32,000 nucleotides of DNA, from assembly GCA_964589775.1 (NCBI GenBank), contig CAZPUN010000021.1, forward strand, positions 1 to 32,000, written 5' to 3'. The notes beneath the pieces were generated by a model. The model worked only from the letters and a program-made list of their open reading frames with translations, made no database searches and was not told the DNA's origin. This document shows positions 9,801-17,843 of the stretch, piece by piece. Every line of letters starts with the position of its first letter. Position 1 is the stretch's first letter. The position numbers were made by a program, and so were the translations under genes. This DNA comes from an uncultured archaeon (GTDB taxonomy: Archaea > Asgardarchaeota > Thorarchaeia > Thorarchaeales > CAZPUN01).

Positions 9801-10997
9801 TCACTCGGATTCCATAAGGCGCTTTTCCTCATCTGATTCAGTAATGCGCTTTTCCTCATCTGATTCAATAAGATCCGTTGTTTTTGCTTCTGAAACTTCA
9901 GATTCGGTTTCTTCAGGCAAATCACCAATATCTGTATCATTGCCACCTATTATTGGACGTGAAGATTTCGTATCTTCTTTGGGTTCTTCTTTGGGTTCTT
10001 CTTTGGGTTCTTCTTTGGGTTCTTCTTTGGGTTCTTCTTTGGGTTCTTCTTTGGGTTCTTTTTCGATTGTTTCGGATTCTGGTTTGCTTTCTTCTAATGG
10101 TTTTGCACCTGGTACTTCAAATTTCAATAATTCGGATAATGGTTTGTCTGGTAATTTCATACCCACGTATTCTGCTGCAGCTTTCAAGAGTAATCTCAGC
10201 ATTTCATCTCGACGCTTTTTATCAATAGCGACCATTGGATATGTTTGTACTCCTAGAATTCTCTGGATGACTTCGGGTTTCATAGCTCCCGGTTTATCTT
10301 GTTTATTTGCAATAACAAACAGTGGCACTTTTGGAGCATCTCTTCGAATCAGTTTCAAGATTTCTTTAGTAACTATAATATTTCTTAAGGTTGAATCAGT
10401 CACAAGGAATATTATATCTGAACCCTGGAAGTAAAACTTCCATAAGCTTCTGAAACGTTCCTGTCCTGCAAAGTCCCACAAAACAAGTTCATAAGTTCCG
10501 AATCTAATTCCTTCTACTCTTTCTACATTAAGTGCAATTGTTGGGACATACTGTTGTGGGGGTGTATCACCAAGCAATAGATGCAATAGGGTTGTTTTAC
10601 CAACACCACCTTCTCCAACTAATGAGACTTTAAGTTTTGTGATGACAACTTCTTTCATTAAAGTTGCGAAGTTTTCAATAACATAGTCTATGTCGTAATC
10701 TTCAAGAGTTTCTTCTAAAATTTCAATTGCCTGCGTTAATTTATCAGAGGTAGCGTGTTCATCTTCAGTGTGGTCTGTACAGAAAACAAGAATTAGATTA
10801 TCCAACATTCTGAAGAAGAATTTTGACTCTCCAACATGAAGGGGCAGATCTCCAAGTTCATCTATTGCATCTGCTAATTCGCTTAGTGTAAGCATGAATT
10901 CTTGGATTTCATCGTCCGTAACTTCAATGTCCCAGAATTTATTTCGTGCTAATACTTTTCCTGTGTCTTTGTCTATTAGTAATAGATTATGAATCAT
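9801..10997 (-). CDS. Longin-like domain + Ras-superfamily (Arf/Rab-like) small GTPase + acidic repeat tail
   Basis: G1 GEGGVGKT, G2 PTI, G3 WDFAGQ, G4 NKQD. N-terminal MIHNLLLIDKDTGKVLA... has a longin-like beta/alpha pattern. GGGGTGG RBS precedes ATG 10997. Confidence 0.9.
   Translation of the reverse strand: MIHNLLLIDKDTGKVLARNKFWDIEVTDDEIQEFMLTLSELADAIDELGDLPLHVGESKFFFRMLDNLILVFCTDHTEDEHATSDKLTQAIEILEETLEDYDIDYVIENFATLMKEVVITKLKVSLVGEGGVGKTTLLHLLLGDTPPQQYVPTIALNVERVEGIRFGTYELVLWDFAGQERFRSLWKFYFQGSDIIFLVTDSTLRNIIVTKEILKLIRRDAPKVPLFVIANKQDKPGAMKPEVIQRILGVQTYPMVAIDKKRRDEMLRLLLKAAAEYVGMKLPDKPLSELLKFEVPGAKPLEESKPESETIEKEPKEEPKEEPKEEPKEEPKEEPKEEPKEDTKSSRPIIGGNDTDIGDLPEETESEVSEAKTTDLIESDEEKRITESDEEKRLMESE
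9819..9867. repeat. 22-bp direct repeat with 27-bp period (ESDEEKR x2)
   Basis: GCGCTTTTCCTCATCTGATTCA at 9819-9840 and 9846-9867. Confidence 0.9.
9973..10056. repeat. Perfect 12-bp coding tandem repeat x7 (TCTTCTTTGGGT; EPKE)
   Basis: Seven identical units counted directly from 9973 to 10056. Confidence 0.95.
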
Positions 10998-11100
10998 TAA
11001 GGCCACCCCAATATAAAATACTGAATTTAAATTAATGCAAACTCTTATTTATATTATCTTATATTTTGCCATACTAATAAGGATTTTTCTAAATTTTTTA

Positions 11101-12219
11101 TTATTTTTCACTTAGAATTTTTAGCACTTGGTCTATATCCTGCGTGTTATTATAAAGATGTATTGCGATACGTAATCTACCGAGTCTAAGGGCGCATTTG
11201 ATATTGTTTGTAGTTAGCTGCTCGAATTTCTTTTCTGGATCATTTAATTTTATTGATATAATTGATGACCTTTCTTCGATTGGGAAATCGTAATGCTCAA
11301 TATTTGATTCTTTGAGCTTTTTCCTCATATACTCCGCAAGACCCATATTATGGCTCTCTATTTTTTCAATTCCTAATCTGTTTATTAATTTTAAGGATTC
11401 ATTAAACATAAATAATCCTATGATGTTCTTTGTTCCGGTTTCAAATTTACCTGCATCCTTTCTGAATTTTAGTTCTCTAAACGAAAAGTCTTCCATATTT
11501 TCAACGCTGTGCCATCCTGCATATGTGGGTGTAATATCGTCAATTATCTTTTCGCTCACATATAGAAAGCCAAGTCCTAAGGGTCCCAATATCCATTTGT
11601 GTGTTGCAGCTGCTGCAAAATCAACATCCATATCTTTTAGATCTATTTTTATTGCTCCTGCTGATTGTACTACATCCGCTATAACATATGTATCATATTT
11701 GTGAGCTTCCTTTGAAATCTTTTTCATTTGGTTTCTAAATCCTGTTGAAAATTCAACGTGTGAAAGAGCGATTATTTTAGTTTTTGAATCAATATTTTCA
11801 AGTACTTGTTCTAGAGGTACCCTTCCATTAATGGATTTTATTACAATTAATTTTGCACCCTTTCGTTTAGCTAATAATTGCCATGGCTTTTGATTTGCAG
11901 GAAATTCTTGATCTGAAATTATTATTTTTTCGTTTTCTTTAATATCAATACTTGTTGCTGCTTTGTTTAATCCATCACTTGTATTATTCACAATTGCAAA
12001 GCTATCTGGTTCAGCATTAAAGAGTTTTGCAAGATGTGCTCTTACATTATCATATACAGTATCAATTTCCTTCGTAGTAACTGTACTGAGTAATCTATGT
12101 TCCAAATAGTCGTGGGCTGTTTTTATAGCCGAATAAGGTGGAATTCCGGTGGATGCAGAATTTAAATATATAACCTCATTTAGCTTTGGAAATTCTTCAG
12201 AAGCCATACGTTTGAACAT
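11101..12219 (-). CDS. Class V PLP-dependent enzyme (cysteine desulfurase/kynureninase-like fold)
   Basis: YLNSAS, DVVQSAG, ATHKWILGP (PLP lysine), FETGT, LRIAIHLYN. The SufS-type RxGHHCA loop is absent. Confidence 0.88.
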   Translation of the reverse strand: MFKRMASEEFPKLNEVIYLNSASTGIPPYSAIKTAHDYLEHRLLSTVTTKEIDTVYDNVRAHLAKLFNAEPDSFAIVNNTSDGLNKAATSIDIKENEKIIISDQEFPANQKPWQLLAKRKGAKLIVIKSINGRVPLEQVLENIDSKTKIIALSHVEFSTGFRNQMKKISKEAHKYDTYVIADVVQSAGAIKIDLKDMDVDFAAAATHKWILGPLGLGFLYVSEKIIDDITPTYAGWHSVENMEDFSFRELKFRKDAGKFETGTKNIIGLFMFNESLKLINRLGIEKIESHNMGLAEYMRKKLKESNIEHYDFPIEERSSIISIKLNDPEKKFEQLTTNNIKCALRLGRLRIAIHLYNNTQDIDQVLKILSEK

Positions 12220-12295
12220 AAGTTATCACCGAATAGATTTTTCATGCAATATTTATAAGCACTTTTGATTTATTCACTATTGGAGTTGAGTGTTT

Positions 12296-13045
12296 ATGGG
12301 ACTGCTCAGCAGAATTCGAAATAGATGGAAGAGGCGAAAGGAAACTATTGTTGATTATAAAATCGAGAAGGACATCCGAGCTCATCCCCCAATTCCCCAA
12401 GTAAGTGTTCCAGTCCCTTCCGTACCCGAAAAGGAACCTAAGAAAGAAGTCGTAAGATTAGAAAAAATTGCAAAAGAATTAAAACGCGATTCACGTGGGC
12501 GGGTTCATCTCAAGATAGTTTTCTATGGTCCAAGCTTGAGTGGCAAAACAACAATGTTGCGATATATCTTTACAAAGCTTGAAGAAAGTTCAAAGGGTCA
12601 ATTGACAGAAACCTCGGACCCAACAGGAAGAACACTATTCTTTGATTTTGTACCGATTACTGTCACTCCTCATGTTGTTTTTGACATTTTCACAGTAGCC
12701 GGACAAAGAAGACATTATCGTCAGCGTAAAACCGTGTTGCGCGATGCGGATGGAATTATTTTCGTCGCTGATAGTTCGCCAGATGCTATAAATGAAAATA
12801 AGGATTCATTTGAGGAATTAAAGCGTTATTTGGGTCCTGAATTACTCCATTCAATACCTATCATAATAGCAATAAATAAGCGAGATCTTCCCAATGCTAT
12901 GCCCGTTGATGAAATCGTAAAGTTTCTTGGTATCGAAGAATATCCGATATTTGAAACCATAGCTATCACTGGTGAAAACTTACTAAAAGTATTCCGAACG
13001 ATCTTAAAGGAGACCATTTCATTTAGAATTAAGGGGCCTCTTTGA
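12296..13045 (+). CDS. MglA-like small GTPase with N-terminal extension
   Basis: KIVFYGPSLSGKTT, RTLFFDF, FTVAGQ, DGIIFVADS and NKRDLP are MglA-family signatures. Confidence 0.9.
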   Translation: MGLLSRIRNRWKRRKETIVDYKIEKDIRAHPPIPQVSVPVPSVPEKEPKKEVVRLEKIAKELKRDSRGRVHLKIVFYGPSLSGKTTMLRYIFTKLEESSKGQLTETSDPTGRTLFFDFVPITVTPHVVFDIFTVAGQRRHYRQRKTVLRDADGIIFVADSSPDAINENKDSFEELKRYLGPELLHSIPIIIAINKRDLPNAMPVDEIVKFLGIEEYPIFETIAITGENLLKVFRTILKETISFRIKGPL

Positions 13046-13046
13046 T

Positions 13047-13841
13047 TTATTCCTCTGGATAATCAGAGGCTTGTATTGGGCGGGTACCAAGTGTATCAAT
13101 ATTCAAGTGCTCTTTATCGACAATTAATTCATGAGTATTAATATCAAACTTAGCTGGAATTAATCCGTTAAGTACTGCATCCTCAACCATTTCTAATATA
13201 CGGTCCTTAGGTTCTCCTGTTAGATCACAAATTGCATTTATTGAAATTGCCGGCTCCACAACTGTTAGGAAATTCCTGATGTATGCAGCTAGTAAATTGT
13301 TTGCATAATCTCTTATTTTATTAACAAGCCATTTTGGAATCTTGTATTTATCATATTCGCGAATCATTTCATAAGCCGTATTGAAATCCATATTTGCCAG
13401 TTGTTTTACAAAATTAATTAATGGTTCATACGTATCCGGTAATTTCTCTTTAGCAATTCGTATTAATCGATTTGCCTCATTATCGTCTCCTGCAAGCAAC
13501 GAACAAAATGCAGCATCAATTAAATATCTGAAATCGTTTTCTGTTTCCACAGCTACTTCATAGGCTGCTGAAGCTTTGCCATAAAGTGTTTCATAATTAT
13601 CATAGTCTCCCATCTTTATTGCGGTATCTGCGGCAATTGTCAAAAGTTTAGCTCCATATGAGATCATTCCTGCTGTCATAAAAGCGTTTGATGCAGCTTC
13701 ATATGATTCCGCAGCCTTATCAAAAAACTCCCGTGCCTCGTAGCATTTTGCGGCTTTTAAATAAAATCTACCTGCCATTTCGCTACTGCCTGCATCTTCA
13801 TATGTCTTTGCTTTGGATGTTAACTCTTCACAGATACTCAT
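13047..13841 (-). CDS. TPR/alpha-SNAP-like solenoid + C-terminal PCI (winged-helix) domain protein
   Basis: Repeated A..Y..AA..Y helical motifs; C-terminal AISINAICDLTG...ILEMVEDAVLNGLIPAKFDINTHELIV matches the PCI consensus. Confidence 0.75.
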   Translation of the reverse strand: MSICEELTSKAKTYEDAGSSEMAGRFYLKAAKCYEAREFFDKAAESYEAASNAFMTAGMISYGAKLLTIAADTAIKMGDYDNYETLYGKASAAYEVAVETENDFRYLIDAAFCSLLAGDDNEANRLIRIAKEKLPDTYEPLINFVKQLANMDFNTAYEMIREYDKYKIPKWLVNKIRDYANNLLAAYIRNFLTVVEPAISINAICDLTGEPKDRILEMVEDAVLNGLIPAKFDINTHELIVDKEHLNIDTLGTRPIQASDYPEE

Positions 13842-13950
13842 TGAAGACCCTCTACTTTGTAATTAAATCTAATTCTATCGTTTTTAATATATAAGTTTCA
13901 AGAATTATGAAGATTCAAAAATCGAGTAGAAAAAGAAGAAATGGTGTATG

Positions 13951-14634
13951 TTATGTAATTAACATACCATCTTTCATTCGAATTGTGCGTTTTGCGTATT
14001 TTACTAATTCTTCGTTGTGAGTGACAAGAACGACTGTTAGATTCATTGTTTTGTTGAGCTGTGAGATTAGCTTCATGATATTTGCGCCCATTTTGCTATC
14101 TAGATTTCCTGTTGGTTCATCACAGAAAAGTATTGGCGGATTATTTACAAGTGCTCTTGCAATTGCAGTTCTTTGTTGTTCTCCACCAGATAATTGACGT
14201 GGAAAATGTTCTTTTCGTTCTGATAGATCAACTTTTCTTAATAGATCCATTGCTCGGTCTTCAATCTCTTTTTGTGGAAGTCGTGTTGGCCATAATGGTG
14301 ATTCGACATTTTCCATTACGTTCAGCTCTTCAATTAATAGGAAGTTCTGAAATACGAAACCAATTTTTTCTCTTCTGATTGAGGGTAAGAATCGTTCGTC
14401 CACAAGTGTTGTGTCAACACCATCAATAAGAATTCTTCCTTTTGATGGGCGGTCTAATCCTGCTAGAACGTTTAATAGTGTTGATTTTCCAGAACCACTT
14501 GGTCCTAATATTGCGATAAATTCTCCTCGTTTTATTTCCAAATTGATGTCTTTAAGTGCCGCAACCATTTTCTTTCCGCGGCCATATTCTTTAGAAACGT
14601 TTTCTGCAACAATTATACTATCTACGCTAGGCAT
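13951..14634 (-). CDS. ABC ATPase, LolD/MacB/FtsE-like
   Basis: GPSGSGKS, GFVFQ, LSGGEQQR, DEPTGNLD, VTHN. Confidence 0.95.
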   Translation of the reverse strand: MPSVDSIIVAENVSKEYGRGKKMVAALKDINLEIKRGEFIAILGPSGSGKSTLLNVLAGLDRPSKGRILIDGVDTTLVDERFLPSIRREKIGFVFQNFLLIEELNVMENVESPLWPTRLPQKEIEDRAMDLLRKVDLSERKEHFPRQLSGGEQQRTAIARALVNNPPILFCDEPTGNLDSKMGANIMKLISQLNKTMNLTVVLVTHNEELVKYAKRTIRMKDGMLIT

Positions 14635-14645
14635 TTGTCTTCACC

Positions 14646-15158
14646 TCACTCATTCCTCAATGCTGACATGGGGGAGATTCTTGTGGCCCTGAAATTCGCT
14701 AGGATAACTCCTGGAACCTGGAAGAATACAACCAAGAAGAATGTCATCAATAATGTATCACCGCGGAATACTAAATCTTGTGCAAGAGCCAATAGGCTTG
14801 GGAAGTAAAATGAAATTCCTTGAATGTGTATTATTATTTCAAGTGTTAATATGAATGACATAAGTGATACGATGAAAATTTCTCCGACAAGTAACAATAG
14901 GATATGCGAATTTCCCCAAGATATACATTTTAGAATTGCTACGTCTTTTTTCCTAAACTGGCTTAATAAAATCCCATATACACTTGCTACCATAAATCCA
15001 CCCAATAATGCAATAAGTTGCATTTGTGGATCTCCTTTTTCAAGTGAATATGCCGTAGTAAATGTGAGAATTGCATATATGATTATGAACGCGGTAACGC
15101 GTCTCGTACTTCTAAATGCTATTACAAATGATTTCTTGAGAATCCGAAACGTACTCAT
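14646..15158 (-). CDS. Short FtsX/MacB-type ABC permease
   Basis: About four TM segments, RKKDVAILKCISW coupling motif, RATRISPMSALRNE C-terminus; GGTGA RBS; 11 bp upstream of the ATPase. Confidence 0.85.
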   Translation of the reverse strand: MSTFRILKKSFVIAFRSTRRVTAFIIIYAILTFTTAYSLEKGDPQMQLIALLGGFMVASVYGILLSQFRKKDVAILKCISWGNSHILLLLVGEIFIVSLMSFILTLEIIIHIQGISFYFPSLLALAQDLVFRGDTLLMTFFLVVFFQVPGVILANFRATRISPMSALRNE

Positions 15159-15410
15159 ATTTGTTCACCAAATAGGTCCTCTTTGAATATTATTTAACCT
15201 AATGTTTATATAAAATATTGCATACTCTTTCTACACTTTAAAACATCTATATTAATTATTATATTTACGTAAGGCATATATTTTATATTAGTTAAAACAT
15301 TTAAATAAGTAAAAATCTATATGTGAATCATTGAAAATTAAGAATATCCACATAAAATAAAATGGGACTAAATCGTATGTACCCTTTATATGCACCTGAG
15401 GGGATTTAAT
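15159..15410. promoter_or_regulatory. AT-rich divergent promoter region
   Basis: Very AT-rich gap between divergent genes with TATA-like elements (e.g. TTTATATAAA at 15205-15214). Exact start sites are not assignable. Confidence 0.45.
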
Positions 15411-16262
15411 TTGATTAGAAATGTCTATATAATCAGTGATGAAGGAAGTATAATCTTCAGCAAAAACTATTCGGACAATAATAACAATACAGACTTGATT
15501 GAATTTCTAATTAGTCTTACCGAATTTGTGAATAATATGAATTTCCCGGAAAAAACTGAAACTATGGGTATGCATTCACTTCAGCTTTATTATTTACGCA
15601 AAGGTAATGTAATGTTTTATTTTGTTGCTGATAAGAGTGATGACCCCGAACAAGTAAAAGAAAAAATTGAGCAATTGTCCGATATATTTATGGAGAAATG
15701 GGGTAATATTGTAAAGAACTGGTCTGGAGATCCCAATGAGTTTGAGGGCATTGAAGAAGTTGTTGATAAAATTGCCGTAACTATGGTAAAGATTGCTCTA
15801 CTTGGATTTAGTTCAGTAGGAAAAACAACAACATTACGGTTATTACGCGGAGAGCCCGTTGCACTAACACACAAGGCAACAATCGGTGTAAATATCAAGT
15901 CTCTTTCCTCAGATATTGGAAATGCGAACTTGGTTATCTGGGACCTAGCTGGGCAGTCTAGGTTCTCAATTCTATGGAATAAGATGGTAAAGAATGCTCA
16001 AGTTGTTATTATAGTAACTGATAGTACGCTGGAAAATGTGTTGCGAAGTCGAAAGCTCGTGCAGATGGTTCAGAAAGAAGCTCCAACTGCGAAAATTATT
16101 GGAATTGCGAATAAGCAAGACTTACCTACTGCTCTAACTCCAGAGCGTGTAGGCCAAATTTTAGGTGTTCCAACCTACGAGCTAATTGCCATAGATCCAT
16201 CATATCGCGATAGGTTGCTTGCAATTCTTACCAAAGCAATTCTTGAAGTATCATCAACATAA
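15411..16262 (+). CDS. Longin-like domain + Ras-superfamily small GTPase (paralog of 9801-10997)
   Basis: G1 GFSSVGKT, G2 ATI, G3 WDLAGQ, G4 NKQD. N-terminal IRNVYIISDEGSIIFSKNY is longin-like. GAGGGG RBS suggests TTG 15411 (ORF track starts at 15390). Confidence 0.9.
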   Translation: MIRNVYIISDEGSIIFSKNYSDNNNNTDLIEFLISLTEFVNNMNFPEKTETMGMHSLQLYYLRKGNVMFYFVADKSDDPEQVKEKIEQLSDIFMEKWGNIVKNWSGDPNEFEGIEEVVDKIAVTMVKIALLGFSSVGKTTTLRLLRGEPVALTHKATIGVNIKSLSSDIGNANLVIWDLAGQSRFSILWNKMVKNAQVVIIVTDSTLENVLRSRKLVQMVQKEAPTAKIIGIANKQDLPTALTPERVGQILGVPTYELIAIDPSYRDRLLAILTKAILEVSST

Positions 16263-16341
16263 TGGTTCATTAGCAAAAATGTAAAAAGGTTTATTTATCT
16301 AATAAATGATAGTTAATAATAATGAGGGTCTGGTGATAAGT

Positions 16342-17106
16342 TTGAGCTTTGAACAACTAACCCAAGAAATCGCAATGATAAATGAAAAGTTAAAGAAAAT
16401 CGCTGGTTTTATGACCACTGTCTCAGAGACAAGAAGACTCATTGAAAACTTGCATGAGAATTTCAAAACAATGAAAAATCAAATCAATTCCACATTAGAG
16501 GAAATTGAGGATCAAATTGAAAAAATCAAGCAGAATATGGAAGAAATGCAGACGATCGCTCCTCAAACATCGTCATCTGCATCATCACAATCTGCTTCTG
16601 CACCTGTAAGTACTCCCACTCCTGCACCTGAGCCTGAACCAAAACCTCAGCCCGTAAAGGTTCCGGAACCAACACCTGAACCCGTACGTGCTCCAGAACC
16701 CGAACCCGTGGCGACTCCTGAACCCGTTAGTGTACCTGAGCCTGAGCCTATTGCAAGCCCATTTGGCGGTGCAGATATTGAGAGCGGTATGGGTGATGCT
16801 GAGGCATTATTAGAATCGGCACTTGCATCTGGCGAAAAAACTATGGATGCCTTATTTGGTGGTTCAAGTGCATCCGAATCTGCTGAGGCAAAGATTGAGA
16901 TTCCAACTACTTCTACTGAAAAAGAACCCGCTGAATTGCTTGAAGAGCTAAAACAAGAAAAAGAAAACATAAAGACTGCTCTTACAGATTTGCGATTTGA
17001 TTACATGCGTGGCTTAATTGATGAAGAAAATTACAAAGTTAAAGAATCAGAGCTCGAAGGAAAACTTGCATCAATTGAGAAACGCATACAAGAACTTACT
17101 GGATAA
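16342..17106 (+). CDS. Coiled-coil / Pro-Glu-rich linker / C-terminal helical-hairpin protein
   Basis: N-terminal heptads, PEPEP repeats, C-terminal LRFDYMRGLIDEENY hairpin. GGTGAT RBS suggests TTG 16342. Confidence 0.75.
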   Translation: MSFEQLTQEIAMINEKLKKIAGFMTTVSETRRLIENLHENFKTMKNQINSTLEEIEDQIEKIKQNMEEMQTIAPQTSSSASSQSASAPVSTPTPAPEPEPKPQPVKVPEPTPEPVRAPEPEPVATPEPVSVPEPEPIASPFGGADIESGMGDAEALLESALASGEKTMDALFGGSSASESAEAKIEIPTTSTEKEPAELLEELKQEKENIKTALTDLRFDYMRGLIDEENYKVKESELEGKLASIEKRIQELTG

Positions 17107-17119
17107 TTATAATTCAAAT

Positions 17120-17151
17120 ATGAAGCGAAAAGGCATAAGCCTCCGCTTCAT
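17120..17151. terminator. Stem-loop between convergent genes
   Basis: ATGAAGCG (17120-17127) pairs with CGCTTCAT (17144-17151), with an inner AGGC-ataa-GCCT stem; a T-rich run follows. Confidence 0.6.
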
Positions 17152-17171
17152 TATTTAATAATTTTTTATTT

Positions 17172-17711
17172 TTACTCGTTTTCTTCTGTTTTTTCAGTTT
17201 CTGATTTCTTGGACTTACGTGTTCTTTTCTTCTTTGTTTTTTCAGATTTTTCTGTGCTTTTTTCTTCTTTCTTTGTAGATTTCTTGGTGCTTTTCTTGGT
17301 ACTTTTGGTGCTTTTCTTAGTTTTCTTTTCTTCTTTCTTTGTAGATTTCTTGGTGCTTTTCTTGCTTTCCTTTGGTTTAATTCCTGTTGGTTTTATTGCC
17401 TCTTCTTCTTTTCTCAGAAGTTCAATTCTTTCTGAAGCATATTCTGGAGCCATATTTGGTTTTGTATATGCTTTGATCAGATTAGAAGAAACAATTGGAA
17501 CAAGTTTTCCTTCACGCTCTAATTGTCTGATTATTTCTTTTACGACACTTACTCTAACATTAAAGCGGGTCGCAATATCTGCTAGCGTGACTATTTTGGC
17601 CTTTTCTAAATATTTGTTAATTTCTTCTCTTGTTTCGGGCTCAACAATTGCGTCTCTAATTATTTTTTCGCGGGCTCTCTGTGTTGCGCCCCACTTCTTT
17701 TTGGCACCCAT
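17172..17711 (-). CDS. rps25e: Ribosomal protein eS25 (S25e) with long Lys/Ser/Thr-rich C-terminal extension
   Basis: KKKW...KIVT..IA.RF.VRVSV.K..IRQLE.EG.L..I....KAYT matches the eS25 winged-helix pattern. GGTGAT RBS precedes ATG 17711. Confidence 0.85.
   Translation of the reverse strand: MGAKKKWGATQRAREKIIRDAIVEPETREEINKYLEKAKIVTLADIATRFNVRVSVVKEIIRQLEREGKLVPIVSSNLIKAYTKPNMAPEYASERIELLRKEEEAIKPTGIKPKESKKSTKKSTKKEEKKTKKSTKSTKKSTKKSTKKEEKSTEKSEKTKKKRTRKSKKSETEKTEENE
17260..17364. repeat. 39-bp perfect direct repeat in the eS25 tail
   Basis: TTTTCTTCTTTCTTTGTAGATTTCTTGGTGCTTTTCTTG at 17260-17298 and 17326-17364. Confidence 0.85.
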
Positions 17712-17843
17712 TGTAATCACCTATTAAACAAGTCTAAACTTATGATTGTTCTTAAAAAACTTTCTGAGTAGTCAGATTTTTTGAGTACTCATAACAATCT
17801 TCAAATTTGATAGTGTATACATTAATAATAAGAGGGATAGTCC

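Noticed and set aside
9973-10056. Repeat array as CRISPR
   Set aside because: Head-to-tail 12-bp units with no spacers, in frame inside a CDS, and no cas genes.
9844-10434. Plus-strand ORFs with SSLG and WVLL repeats (also 9878-10228)
   Set aside because: Antisense or alternative-frame readings of the EPKE repeat.
11101-12219. Call as SufS/IscS cysteine desulfurase
   Set aside because: The catalytic Cys loop (RxGHHCA or SSGSAC) is absent; left as a class V PLP enzyme.
17209-17727. 172-aa Phe/Leu-rich 'membrane protein'
   Set aside because: Antisense of the Lys-rich eS25 gene.
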